Part shown: one piece after another, positions 43,878 through 57,100 of the stretch
Position numbering within the stretch: position 1 is the first letter of the stretch
Layout: every line of letters begins with the position of its first letter
Origin: Scyliorhinus canicula
Taxonomy: Eukaryota
Direction: 5' to 3'
Assembly: GCF_902713615.1 (NCBI RefSeq)
Contig: NC_052175.1
Location: 7,209,941 to 7,273,940, forward strand
DNA length: 64,000 bases
The notes under the pieces: generated by a model
Seen by the model: the letters and a program-made list of their open reading frames with translations, nothing else
Told to the model about the DNA's origin: nothing
Databases searched by the model: none
Program-made: the position numbers and the translations under genes

Positions 43878-44423
43878 ATCAAGGGAAACGCGGGGAAGCC
43901 TGCTTCCCAGACAAGATGAGTTGCAGAAAGTTTCCACTTTTGGGCTGGAAAATCCGAACGTCCAAAGAGCGTGGATGCCTGCACATTTTCGCCGTAATTT
44001 TATGATTGCACGAAAAGTGGAAGTGGAATTATCGCTTGATGTCTCTCTTTTAACGATAAAATATATGGCACGCAGTTACGGTGAGGAGATTGCCAGGTTT
44101 CTACTTTCTTTATGTTACGCTTCAATTTCATAGTGCACTTTTTACAATTCATGAGCGTTTTATTGTTCAACTAATTTTTTCAACGCACCCCGTCCGGATT
44201 ACCAATATATTAAAACTGATTTGAAAACGAATGTGTTCCTCTTGATTCAAGTTTTTTTTCACTTATTCAGAGAATATGTGCTCGGGATGTTTATTGGACA
44301 AATTGACACAATAATAAAAATGAGCGTGGAGGAGTAAAAATCCGGGTAAGAACCGAAGGATCTTGCCTGAACATTTAGTACGCATTATTCTGAAAGTTGT
44401 ACTGTTAGTTTTTATGATATCAT

Positions 44424-44741
44424 TTACAGTGCAGGAGGAGGCCATTTGGCCCATCGAGTCTGCACCGGCTCTGGAAAGAACACCCTACCCAAGGTCAACA
44501 CCTCCACCCTATCCTCATAATCCAGTAATCTCACCCAACACTAAGGGCAATTTATCATGGCCAATCCACCTAACCTACACATTTTTGGACTGTGGGAGGA
44601 AACCGGAGCACCCGGAGGAAACCAACGCACACACGGAGAGGATGTGCATCCCTTACACAGACAGTGACCCAAGCCGGAATCGACCCTGGAACCCTGGAGC
44701 TGTGAAGCAATTGTGCTATCCACAATGCTACCGTGCTGCCC
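44424..44741 (-). mobile_element. HE1-like V-SINE
   Basis: Full copy on the minus strand. Confidence 0.87.
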
Positions 44742-45479
44742 TAGTTAGAAAGTACGATTTAGTGGCAGAAGTGAGGCATTCAACACATCCACTGTACTTG
44801 GTAATTCGATGAGATCGCGGCTGGCAAAGTGCCCACGGAGATTAATTGGCCCATGACGCCAGTTCCCGGCACATTGACTGTTCCCGTTAATCCCAATTCG
44901 AACTATCTCCTCATGACACTGAGAATAAGCCCTCGTGCGGCATATCTCCCACCAGTGCACAGCACAATCAGGGGCTGTCAGTGAAAGCGGTTTGTTGCTG
45001 AAATTCATAATTAACAATCATTAACACAGTTCGCTCCTCACAATAAGGAGTGCAGTCAAATGTTCGATTAAACCTCACATGACGTCTCATTAATGTGATG
45101 AAATATAGTTCCCTGATATGTATAATGCCATAAACATGTAAAGGTGGGATTGAAAACCATGAGCATGATGAATACTGCCTAAACCGGTTGGATATTAAAC
45201 TCTGCCTGACTCTGACCTTCTTCAACAGCCAGCGGATGACACATTCTTAAATTGTCACCGGCTGGAAAAACAACCATTCTGCGCTGATATTGTAAAGAGA
45301 TTTTGGAGACATATGCTAAAAGGTGCAAATTGGAAAGGTCCATCTGGAAAGGTTTTTCCCTCTAAACAAAAATGAGCAAGACATTTGTTCAGCGCATTAG
45401 AACTTTGTGTGTCCAACTCCACGTTATCAACAGTCAGTATTCCAGCTTTGCAGCTTCCACGTTCCCCAAGCGTTACAAA

Positions 45480-46312
45480 AGAACAAAGAACAACGATAAT
45501 TACAGCACAGGAACAGGCCCTTCTGCCTCCAAGCCTGCTCCGACCATGCCGCCTGTCTAAACTAAAATATTCTACACTTCCAGTGTTCGTATTCCTATAT
45601 TACAATCCTATTCATCTTTTTCTCAAGATGCCCCTCAAACTTCACCATCGTCCCTGCTTCCACCACCTACTTCGGCAACGAGTTCCATGCACCCACTATC
45701 CTCTGTAAAAAAAAACCTGCCTCGTGCCGCTCCTCTCAACATTGCTCCTCGCACCTTCAACATATGCACCCCCCCCCCCCCAGTAATTGACCCCTCTATC
45801 CTCGGAAAAAGTTTCTGACTATCCACTCTGGATAAGGGAAGGTGGTAAGAGAGGGGGAGAGGTGGCATTGTTAGTCAAGGACAGTATTACGGTGGCTGAG
45901 AGGACATTTGATGAGGACTCGAATACTGTGGTAGCATAGGCTGAGTTAAGAAACAGGAAAGGAGAGGTCACCGTGTTAGGGCTTTTCTCTAGGCTTCCGA
46001 AAAGATCTAGAGATGTAGAGGAAAGGATTGCTAAGATGAATCTGGATAGGAGCGAAAATAACAGGGTAGTTGTTATGGGGGACTTTAATTTTCCAAATAT
46101 TGACTGGAAACACTATAGTTCGAATATTTTAGATGGATCCGTTTTTGTCCAATGTGTGCAGGAGGGTTTCCTGTTGCAGTATGTAGAATGGCCAACAGGA
46201 GGCGAGGCCGTATTGGACTTCGTACTGGGTAATGAACTAGGACAGGTGTTAGATTTGGAGGTAGGTGAGCATTTTGGTGATAGTGACCACAATTCGATTA
46301 CGCTTACATTAA
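45480..46312. mobile_element. CR1 3' fragment (minus) abutting a family B APE fragment (plus)
   Basis: ORF 45973-46371 (VVMGDFNFPNIDW...SDHNS) matches the family B APE. Confidence 0.75.
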
Positions 46313-47519
46313 TTTCCTATAAATACAGAATACAGAATAAACTAGCATCCATTTATTTCTATCACCTATAACACACATTCGATTTGGTACAGATTTGTTT
46401 AGTATCTACCATTAAATTGTCCTGTTCTAATTCATCGATAAATGGTCGACTATACTGTACACTCATTTTACATCACAACAGTGTAAATAGAGCCTCGTAC
46501 ATTATTATGAAATGACAATTTTTAATTGTAGTTTCGGTTCCGATTAAACGCAACAGTTCTCTTTTCAAACTCGGTCACTGTCGACAGCAGGGTCATAGTT
46601 TATGGTGTTCTGTGTTGTTGAACAGGTGAACTCGAGAAGTAGTCATTCAACTTTTGTCACTGTAGTGAGTTCCTCTGAGCGACGAATGTGCTTTTCTGTG
46701 GGACTATTCTTCAGTTCACGAAACACTGTCTAGCGATGGATCCTTACGCATTGTTTGGGCACCTGACCTTTCACGTCATGGCCTCCATATAAGACTGTTG
46801 CACGTTCCGTGCATTGATAAACCTCACTGTCAATAAAATTCATCCATCACGACAGTCATGTATGAATGAATTGGAGACCGAAGACCTGTGGTGCCAAAGT
46901 CCTAATTAAACCGGACGTTTTAGCTACTGTGGAAGAAACAGGCAAATGTGTGTTGTGATCTAATGGAGCGAGGAATGCCAACGGCGTATGTTCATTACCT
47001 CACTTCCCGAAACAACTAATATCAATCGCAGAAATGAATAGGCTGCACTCATGAATATGAATTAACTAATCCTTGAACCAGGTTGTGGAACGCATGGGAG
47101 CAGTGTGACCGATCTGCTTATGCCTGTGTGTCTAATTTATAAAACAATCAGCAAATTTGCTCATGAAAAGAAAGCATTGAGAGGTTGAATAGAATAAAAG
47201 GTTAATTCTATCCACTCATTGTCTGATGAATTATGTATTCTTGCAGACTTTAGCATGATTCAATTCCAACATTTCATTACTAAACTGTCCAGTAGTTTGA
47301 GGTGTTTGTGACTTGCAACTTGTTGTTTGTTTTGGAATTTTATCTGCTGATGCAATAGGTTTGTTCAAGTGCATGCAACTAATTGCAATTATCCATGCTA
47401 TTGTCATGGCACCACAGTTTTTTAAAATTGTATAACTCATGGGAACTAGTTATAAATTAGAAGCTCGGCGTGTAGAGTACGTTTCTGGACCCTGTAGCAA
47501 CATTCGCTGTTACTTTATC

Positions 47520-47589
47520 ATGGGATATACATTCATTCTGCCGATAGAACACATTTACTATCCTCTTCTCGCAGCAGTTGGAATTCCTG
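47520..47589 (+). CDS. GPR139-like GPCR exon 1 (MGYTFILPIEHIYYPLLAAVGIP)
   Basis: ATG at 47520, start of TM1, and phase-1 donor G|GTGAGT. Confidence 0.8.
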
Positions 47590-47626
47590 GTGAGTCTCAC
47601 CTTTACCTGTCAGTGATGTCAATAAT

Positions 47627-47938
47627 GGCAGCACGGTAGCATGGTGGTTAGCACAAATGCTTCACAGCTCCAGGGTCCCAGGTTCGATTCCCGGCTGGGT
47701 CACTGTCTGCACGTCCTCCCCCTGTGTGCGTGGGTTTCCTCCGGGTGCTCCGGTTTCCTGCCAGTCCAAAGATGTGCGGGTTAGGTGGATTGGCCATGCT
47801 AAATTGCCCATTGTTTCCTTAAAAACTAAGGGGGGGGGGTTGTTGGGTTACGGGTATAGGGTGGATACGTGGGTTTGAGTAGGGTGATCATTGCTCGGCA
47901 CAACATCGAGGGCCGAAGGGCCTGTTCTGTGCTCTATG
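47627..47938 (+). mobile_element. HE1-like V-SINE in the GPCR intron
   Basis: Tail caacatcgagggccgaagggcctgt is shared with the family B CR1 3' end. Confidence 0.88.
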
Positions 47939-49070
47939 ATGTGTAACTCTGTTGATAAATTTGGCAATTTTTCGCTTAATACACTCAACTGCCTGCTCTA
48001 TTGCATGAATGTTGATGAGACTTAAGTATATTTTCCAGCTCTCTTTTACTTGTTCACAGATAACTGGAATGATCTATGTGCCTGCGCCGAAAGTCTTCCT
48101 GTTCAAGAAACAAGCACTTGTCGACAATTTTAGTTGAAAGTGTGATGTGATCGACTGATAATTTTACGTCAAACTGTGCTAGTTTCACAAGGCAGGATCT
48201 CATCCGAAATTACTGTTTCAGTTAAAGTGCGCATTACGAAATATTGTTCCATTATATGTGCATCTCGCTCAGAAACATGTGTATCGAGGAGACAGAGTCA
48301 GTGAAATGACAGAACACAGAAGAAGGACATTTGGTCACGGAGCTCATGCCAGCTACCTCTCGAGTTAACAAATCAAAATCCTTAATCATCATGGTAGCAT
48401 GATGGCGCAGTGGTCACCATTGTTGTCTCACAGCGCCGAGTTTCCAAGTTCGATCGCGGCTCTGGGTCACTGTCCGTACATTTGTACATTCTCCCGGTGT
48501 CTGCGAAAGTTTCGCCCCGACCACCAAACTTGTGCAGGTTCGGTGGATTGGCCACAGTAAATTGTCGCTAAGTTGGAAAAACTTAATGGGGCACTGTAAA
48601 TTTATTTTAAAAATACCTAATCGTCGCTATCTCCTTCCATTTGGAAGATCATTTCCATCATCAGATTTTATAAATAATAATGCTTTGTTTCATGTTCAGT
48701 CATAAGCTTTTAATCCAAACTCATACTGCCTAAAACAAATATCTTCACCATGATTCCCGTGCCAATTGGACAGACCATTAAATCTGCACCGCTTGATCTT
48801 TGTGTCGCAGCGGATTGAATAGATGACAAATCCTGTCCGTTGATGCGGCAGGAAACTGATTTCATTTCATAACATTTACTTTCTCTGATAACGGCCAGCA
48901 ATTGGAAACACGGAAGGAATCTGAGAAACTGAGATTATTGATTCCATTCAATTTGCAATGACATGCCGCAAAGAATATCTAGTTTCTAGATTGGGGAATC
49001 ACATAATTAAATATTAATATTTGTCAGTGACCTCTTGTCTCATTTTCACTTTCTTTCTCTCCCTTTTCAG

Positions 49071-49975
49071 TTAACGTGATTGCGATTGTGATCCTTTCCC
49101 GAGGAAAGTGTGGTCTCTCCCAATGCATCGTAAGTTATATGCTGGCGATGGTGCTTACCGACCTACTGGTTATTACCACTGAAGTCATATTATTTCGGAT
49201 GGGTTATGAATTTTACCCCGGCTCTTTCCTGTCACTTACCCCTGTCTGCAGCGTTGTCGCTGTTCTGACCCGCGCATCGAGGGACAGCTCAGTTTGGTTA
49301 ACCATCGCATTTTCTTTTGATCGGTTCATTGCTATTTGTTGCCAGAAGCAGAAGACAAAGTATTGCACGAAGAGAACTGCGTCTGCAATTATATCAACAA
49401 CATGCATTCTTCTGAGTTTGAAAAGCACTGTTTGGTATTTTATATACGAACCTCGGGAGATAATCGACACTGTCCCGTGGTTCTGCGAGGTAAAACCGAA
49501 CTATTTTACTGAGCCAGGTTGGGTGGCCTTTGATTGGTTTGATACAATGTTAACTCCGATTCTCCCATTCGGTTTAATATTACTGCTTAATACTCTGACA
49601 GTCAGACATATTTTCGTGGCCAGTCAAGTCCGTAAGGGACTGAAGGCTCAGAGCAACGGGGAGAAACAAAGTGACCCTGAGATGGAGAGCAGAAGGAAGT
49701 CCGCTGTTTTGCTCTTTACTATTTCAGGCAGCTTCATAATTTTGTGGTTGCCGTATGTCGCAGATTTTTTATATTATGTCATTGCAGAAACAACCCCGTT
49801 AGTTTACAGCGATTCATTGCACAGCATTGCTCGTATCGGCTTTATGATGCAGAATTTAAGTTCCTGCACAAATACCTTTATATATGGGGTTACCCAGAGC
49901 AGGTTCAGGGAGCAGTTCACAGCTGTGTTGAAATATCCGATTATCTTGGTTGTTAAATTATTTCAGAAGGGATAA
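49071..49975 (+). CDS. GPR139-like class A GPCR exon 2; spliced product 324 aa
   Basis: Long pyrimidine tract then cag|TTAAC. Motifs TDLLV, VC, FSFDRFIAIC, TPILPF, WLPY and SSCTNTFIY. 70 + 905 nt = 325 codons. The family name comes from recognition, not a search, so no symbol is given. Confidence 0.85.
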
Positions 49976-51565
49976 CCCTTAAATTAGTGAAGAACAACAA
50001 CATCTAGAATCTGTAGAGAATTGCCAACAGTTTGAAGATCTTATAATAAATTGTAATAAAGATAATAGCGAAGCATTCCTTGCCAATTGTCAATTGTCAA
50101 CTCCATTGTCAATTCAGGCGCCGGAATATCATTTATGGGAGATACAGCTCAGCTTTCATTTTGTTCAGTTCATCAATGCCGTGCCAGCTAATGTATGCGA
50201 TGTTCATAATGATGCTGTATAAATCAGAAGCTTGCTTTCATATTGGGAGAAATCGGAATATCCACTGAAGCGAGTCTTTGTTTTTTTAACCCACATAGAT
50301 ATTTATGAACATTTTGATTCGGTTGTGCACTAATTTAATGTTGTCTTCTCTCCGAGAGTAAATGTTTCGGTTCGGGTTTTGGACTCCTGTGCCACAACCA
50401 TTAGTTCGGAAAATGACCATCATGCGGCTCCTAAGGAGCAGCTGGACTAATGGCGGGTCACTCACCAAATTACTGCAATATGTATTTATTCAATCTGAAC
50501 AAAACATTTAAATATGACAGAACAGATTTATTGAGTGTTTACTGTAATGCTAATAGTTATTTCAGCGCTAAGGGCTGGCATTCACGCGGTGCTGAGATGC
50601 TGAGTGGGGGGGGGGGGGGCATCGATTTGGTAACAAAGCGGGAGAGTAGAAACTGCAGCAATGATATGAGTGGTGGAAGCATGAGGCCATAATGACACAG
50701 AGAGGTGGGCTGATCACAGGGCAGGACATGCCCTATACAATGATCACACTGTTGGAGCAGAAACATAGTGAGATGGGGAGGTACCAGAGGCATCAACGCC
50801 AAATATCTATCTTCAAATTTACATGGACTCATGTTATTCTTTCTGCGTTTTCCCGAACCGGCCTCCCCGAGCAGGTACCGGAATGTGGCGACTGGGGGCT
50901 TTTCGCAGTAATTTCATTGACGCCTACGTGTGACAATAAGCGATTATCATATTATTATTATTATTAACCTATTTATTCTCTTTTATCATTTATTAAATGC
51001 GTTATGAAACATTCGAACACATTAGAATACATTATATCTTACGTTTTCAGTAATTTAACCTACTGGAAAGTTTCCGAATTCATTAGTGTTCGTATTACAC
51101 CTTAATTAAACCGATCCAAAATACCACATTTCATTATTTGCAATCATGTATTATCTTCAATGAATTCTTGCCAATACTTGTCAGACACATAGGCAAAACA
51201 AAATTACTGGTTATTGTAATAATTCATAACAAATTACCTTTTATTGTAAATGGTACAACACTATAAATAGCACAACTCGTTCAATCATATGTATTTTATT
51301 TAAACTTCCAGATCTTTTGTTGATGCGTCCAGCTTAGAATAAACCTCTATAGCAACAACTTATCATTGACAAGTATTGTAAATCTTTAGAGACCTTCAAT
51401 CACAGTCTCTGCCACTTTGTAAATTGTTTTCGACCTATAGAAACATCATTAAGCACATGGAATTTGCGCAGCCAAATAATTCCAGATGCGTACGACACCA
51501 CTTGCTGTTGAAAAGACGTTCCTCATAACCCCTCTGATCCTTTCTTCAGCCATGTAATACATAAG

Positions 51566-51755
51566 ACTGGTTTAGCACACTGGGCTAAATCGCTGGCTTT
51601 TAATGCAGACCAAGGCAGGCCAGCAGCACGGTTTAATTCCCGTACTAGCCTCTCCGAACAGGCTCCGGAATGTGGCGACTATGGGCTTTTCGCAGTAACT
51701 TCATTAACTTCATACTTGTGACAATAAGCGATTTTAATTTCATTTCATTTTCATA
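51566..51755 (+). mobile_element. Second short SINE-like family (other copies at about 50852-50968, 58400-58538 minus, 59893-60065)
   Basis: Shared ggtttagcac...ggaatgtggcgact...cttttc(a/g)cagtaacttcatt...gtgacaataagcgatt, with a tRNA-like head. Confidence 0.7.
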
Positions 51756-52416
51756 TGCCCTCTTGTAAATGACCTCTCAACAAGCGGAGACAGCTCTTGC
51801 CTGTCTACCCAATCTCAGCACCTTAGTGTTATGTAAACTTCAAATATGTCATCGTCAGCTTTCTCTGCTCTGAGCAAAACAACCGATTCCTCCTCATTTC
51901 TGTGATTTTGAAGACGAGGAAATCTCCGCTGCATATTGGCCAGAGCCATTATACCCTTCCTATAATACAAGAGCTCTTCAGACAATAATCTCGCAGTTGC
52001 TTGCAGTGCAAAAGAAGGCCACTCAGCTCATCACTGACCTTCTGAAAGAACACCCTACCGAGGCACACTCCACCGCCCTATTCCTGAACACCCACATAGG
52101 CTAAACTGAGAGGCATTCTGAGAGGCATTTATTTTATCATGGCCAATCCACCCAAACTGCACATTGTGGATTGTGGGAGGAACCGGAGCACCCGGGAAGC
52201 CAAGGCAGACAACGTACAAACTCCACACAGATATTCACCAAAGGCCGAAGTTGAACCCAGGGCCGCAATGCTTGAAGGCAAAAGTGCTTACAAAAAATAA
52301 ATTTAGAGTACCCAATTGTTTTTCTTTTCCAATTACTGGGCATTTTAATGTGGCCAATGCACCTCATCTACACCTGCTTTTGCTGTGGTGGTGAGACCCA
52401 CGCAGACACGGAAGAT

Positions 52417-52593
52417 GGGGGCAGCACGGTAGCATGGTGGTTAGCATAAACGCTTCACAGCTCCAGGGTCCCAGGTTCGGTTCCCGGCTGGGTCACTGTC
52501 TGTGCGGAGTCTGCACGTCCTCCCCGTGTGTGCGTGGGTTTCCTCCGGGCGCTCTGGTTTCCTCCCACAGTCCAAAGATGTGCGGGTTAGGTG
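52417..52593 (+). mobile_element. 3'-truncated V-SINE, with a degenerate minus copy at about 52020-52290
   Basis: Head and central block are near-identical to 47627. Confidence 0.8.
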
Positions 52594-53719
52594 AAGACGT
52601 TGTGATCTGGAATGAAGTGGATGTCTTACAAAGGAACACATAATGTATGATTTATTTACCACTTTATCCACCACTCCGACCTCCTTCAGTAACATATGGA
52701 CATACATTCCAATGATTTTCACTTGATCAACCTGTCTCGTAGTTGTCCTGCTAATTGTCTATTCCCTGGTTGTGTTTGCCCTCCACGATCGCATTGGTTC
52801 AAAGTTATGCTGATTGAATTTCATTTTTCACTTTCCGCCCACCATTAATATATTTGCGGGAGCCAATGGCTCTGGTCTTCCATATCAACTACATTGACAT
52901 TTCTTTATCATCTTAAACATTCCAGATCATGCCTTCCACAACTAACTCACGATTGTTAAGATACAGAAAAAACAAACAAACCGGCCACTTACCGCTGTTG
53001 TTCGGCAATGGAAACGACTTCCAATTCACAAACATACCCATTCACCAACACATTATTTTCTAGTCACTGACTGAGCCAATTTTCCAGAGAACTCGCCGGT
53101 CTGCTGCACCGCATTGAACTGCAATTTTTCGTTCAGGTTGCCTATTCAGGTATTTGTCTATTTCTTTACTAAATTCCATGAACAGCACAGATTGCATTAG
53201 CGTCAACGATCCTCTCTGTTGTATTCTCAAATACAATTGATTATGTTAATGACACCCGTTTTCCTCTAACAAAAGTAAGGTGCCAGTTCATGATCCCGTT
53301 CATTAAGGCTTGGAGGAGAGGCGGGAGGGGGACGGGGTGGGGGGGGGGTCGACAATTGGAGGAGTTGGTCATCCGCCGAGAATGAGGCTATGCTGTCTGC
53401 CACCTCTCTGGATGCCCGTCCACAAATCTGCCGATCGAAGGGTGATCGTTAGAGTCTCAATTGCCAGCGTGAACACGTCGCTGCACTCAAAGACCATGAG
53501 AAGAAAGTTACTTAACAATCGTCATTGTTGCAAAGAAGATTGATTATGTTTGTAATATACGTTCTTCCCCAACAAAACAATACTGCCACTTCCTGATCCC
53601 TTCCATAACCCTGCCAGCTAACTGGGTGGCAACTAACAAGCCAGAGCCGCAGATTGCCCACAACGGCTGCTCCGCGTAAAAAAACCACTGTGGTCAGCAC
53701 TTGCGAAGATTAGAGGATA

Positions 53720-54125
53720 TTAAAAGAGAGTTGGAGAGAATTAAAGGGGAATAAAGACAATTTTAAGAGTTAGAGAGGAATTCAAGAGAGTGGAAGATAA
53801 ATTACACTGGTCGAGAGACTTTAAAGAGAGCGAGAAAGAATTTAAAGAGCCTCAAAAATAATATGAAGAGAGACAGAGAGAATTGTAAGACAGCTCGACA
53901 AAAATTAAAGTGAGTAAGAGATAAATTAAAGAGAGTGAGAGAGAATTTAAAGAGAGTTTGAAAGAATTTAAATAGGGTGAGAGCGAAATTAAAGAGAGTG
54001 AGAGAGAACTTAAAGAGAGTTAGATAAAATTAAAGAGGGTGAAAGACAATTTGAAGAGTTCGAGATATTCAAAGAGAGTGACAGAGGACTTGAAGCGAGT
54101 TAGAGAGAATTTAATGGAAATGAGA
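53720..54125 (+). repeat. Degenerate 21-bp purine-rich tandem repeat (consensus TTAAAGAGAGTGAGAGAGAAT)
   Basis: Unit starts at 53905, 53926, 53947, 53968, 53989, 54010, 54030 and 54051. Confidence 0.85.
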
Positions 54126-57100
54126 GAAAGTTACCTGCTGCAGATGCATCTGTCAAGGACAGTAATAGTTGAAGTGACACCTGCACAGTCCTTGTGGAGA
54201 GAAAGTACCGTCCTCACATTGAGGATGTGCTCCATCGTTTTATGTGGCACGACCATCGTGATAAATGGAATAGATATCGAGCAGATTGAGCAACTTGAGA
54301 CTGGGCTTTCATGAGGCTTTGTTGGCTATCAGCAGCAGCAGAATTGTATTCGAACACAATTTGCAACCTCATGTTTCGGCATATTCCCCACTCTGCCATT
54401 TCCCCAAGACAGGTGATCAACGCTGGTTAAATTAAGAGTGTATGAGAGTATGCCAGGAGCAACATCAGGCATACCGATGAATCTTCAACACAGGAAAACC
54501 TGTGTGCCAAACAGCAGAATGATCAAGTATTAGAGAGAGCAAAGCGTTTCCGCAACCAACTCACAAGGTTGAAGCTCCGATGTCCTGCCACATCCAGCCG
54601 TGAATGTAGTGGACAATTGAACAACTCACTGGAGGAGGCGGCTCTACAAATATTCCCTTCCTTAATGATGGAGAAGCTCAGCACATATGTGCGAAAGACA
54701 AGGCTGAGACATTCGCAACAATCTTCAGCCAGAGCAAATAATCCATTTGGGTCTCTTCCAGAGAAGGTCCCTAGCACCCTACGAGGGAACAAGCGGTCCA
54801 AGATCTTGTCCTGTGTAATGAGACAGGATTGATTCATGATCTCATAGTTATGGATCCTCTCGGAAGGAGCGATCACAATATGGTGGAATTTAAAATACAG
54901 ATGGAGGGTGAGAAAGTAAAATCAAATACTAGTGTTTTGTGTTTAAACAAAGGAAATTACAAGGGGATGAGAGAAGAACTAGCTAAGGTAGACTGGGAGC
55001 TAAGACTTTATGGTGGAACAGTTGAGGAACAGTGGATAACCTTCCAAGCGATTTTTCACAGTGCTCAGCAAAGGTTTATACCAACAAAAAGGAAAGACGG
55101 AAGAAAGAGGGAAAATCGACGGTGGATATCTAAGGAAATAAGGGAGAGTATCAAATTGAAGGAAACAACATATAAAGTGGCAAAGATTGCTGGGAGATTA
55201 GAGGTCTGGGAAATATTTAGGGGGCAACAGAAAGCTACTAAAAAAAGCGATAAAGAAGAGTAAGATAGAGTATGATAGTAAACTTGCTCAGAATATAAAA
55301 ACAGACAGTAAAAGTTTTTACAAATATATAAGACAAAAAAGAGTGGCTAAGGTAAATATTGGTCCTTTAGAGGATACGAAGGGAGTTTTAATAATGGGAA
55401 ATTAGGAAATGGCTGAGGAACTGAACAGGTTTTTTGGGTCGGTCTTCACAGTGGAAGACACAAATAACATGCCAGCGACTGATAGAAATGAGGCTATGAC
55501 AGGTGAGGACCTTGAGAGGATTGTTATCACTAAGGAGGGAGTGATGGGCAAGCTAATGGGGCTAAAGGTAGACAAGTCTCCTGGCCCTGATGGAATGCAT
55601 CCCAGAGTGCTAAAAGAGATGGCTAGGGAAATTGCAGATGCACTAGTGATAATTTACCGAAATTCACGAGACTCTGGGGTGGTCCCGGTGGATTGGAAAT
55701 TAGCAAACGTGACGCCACTGTTTAAAAAAGGAGGTAGGAAGACAGCAGGAAATTATAGGCCAGTGAGCTTAACTTCGGTAGTAGGGAAGATGCTGGAATC
55801 TATCATCAAGGATGAAATTGCGAGGCATCTGGATAGAAATTGTCCCATTGGGCAGACGCAGCATGGGTTCGTAAAGGGCAGGTCATGCCTAACTAATTTA
55901 GTGGAACTTTTTGAGGACATTACCAGTGCAGTAGGTAACGGGGAGCCGATGGATGTGGTATATCTGGATTTCCAGAAAGCCTTTGACAAGGTGCCGCACA
56001 AAAGGTTGCTGCATAAGATAATGATGCATGGCATTAAGGGTAAAGTAGTAGCATGGATAGAGGATTGGTTAATTAATAGAAAGCAAAGAGTTGGGATAAA
56101 TGGGTGTTTCTCTGGTTGGCAATCAGTAGCTAGTGGTGTCCCTCAGGGATCCGTGTTGGGCCCACAATTGGTCACAATTTACATAGATGATTTGGAGTTG
56201 GGGACCAAGGGCAATGTGTCCAAATTTGCAGATGGCACTACGATGAGTGGTCAAGCGAAAAGTGCAGAGGATACTGGAAGTCTGCAGACGGATTTGGATA
56301 CGTTAAGTGAATGGGCTAGGGTCTGGCAGATGGAATACAATGTTGACAAATGTGAGGTTATCAATTTTGGTAGGAATAACAGCAAACGGGATTATTATTT
56401 AAACGATAAAATATTAAAGCATGTCTCTGTTCAGAGAGTCTTGGGTGTGCTAGTGCATGAGTCACAGAAGGTTGGTTTACAAGTGCAACAGGTGATTAAG
56501 AAGGCAAATGCAATTTTGTCCTTCATTTCTAGAGGGATGGAGTTTGAGACTAGGGAGGTTATGTTGCAATTGTATAAGGTGTTAGTGCGGCCACACCTGG
56601 AGTATTGTGTTCAGTTTTGGTCTCCTTACTTGAGAAAGGACGTACTGGCGCTGGAGGGAGTGCAGTGGAGATTCACTAGGTTAATCCCAGATCTGAAGGG
56701 GTTGGATTATGAGGAGAGGTTGAGTTGACTGGGACTGTACTCGTTGGAATTTAGAAGGATGAGGGTGGGATCTTATAGAAACATTTATAATTATGAAGGG
56801 AATAGATATGATAGATTGGGACAGGTTGTGTCCACTGGCGTGTGACAGCAGAACTAGGGGACATAGCCTCAAAATAAGGGGTAGTAGATTTAGGACTGAG
56901 TTTAGGAGGAACTTCTTCACCCAAAGGGTTGTGAATCTACGGAATTCCTTGCCCAGTGAAGCAGTTGAGGCTCCTTCATTACATGTTTTTAAGGTAAAGG
57001 TAGATAGTTTTTTGAAGAATAAAGGGTTATGGTGTTTGGGCCGGAAAATGGAGCTGAGCCCACAAAAGATCAGCCATGATCTAATTGAATGGCGGAGCAG

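Noticed and set aside
53720-54125. CRISPR-like array (also considered for the 336-bp monomers)
   Set aside because: The units are contiguous with no unique spacers, there are no cas genes, and the context is eukaryotic.
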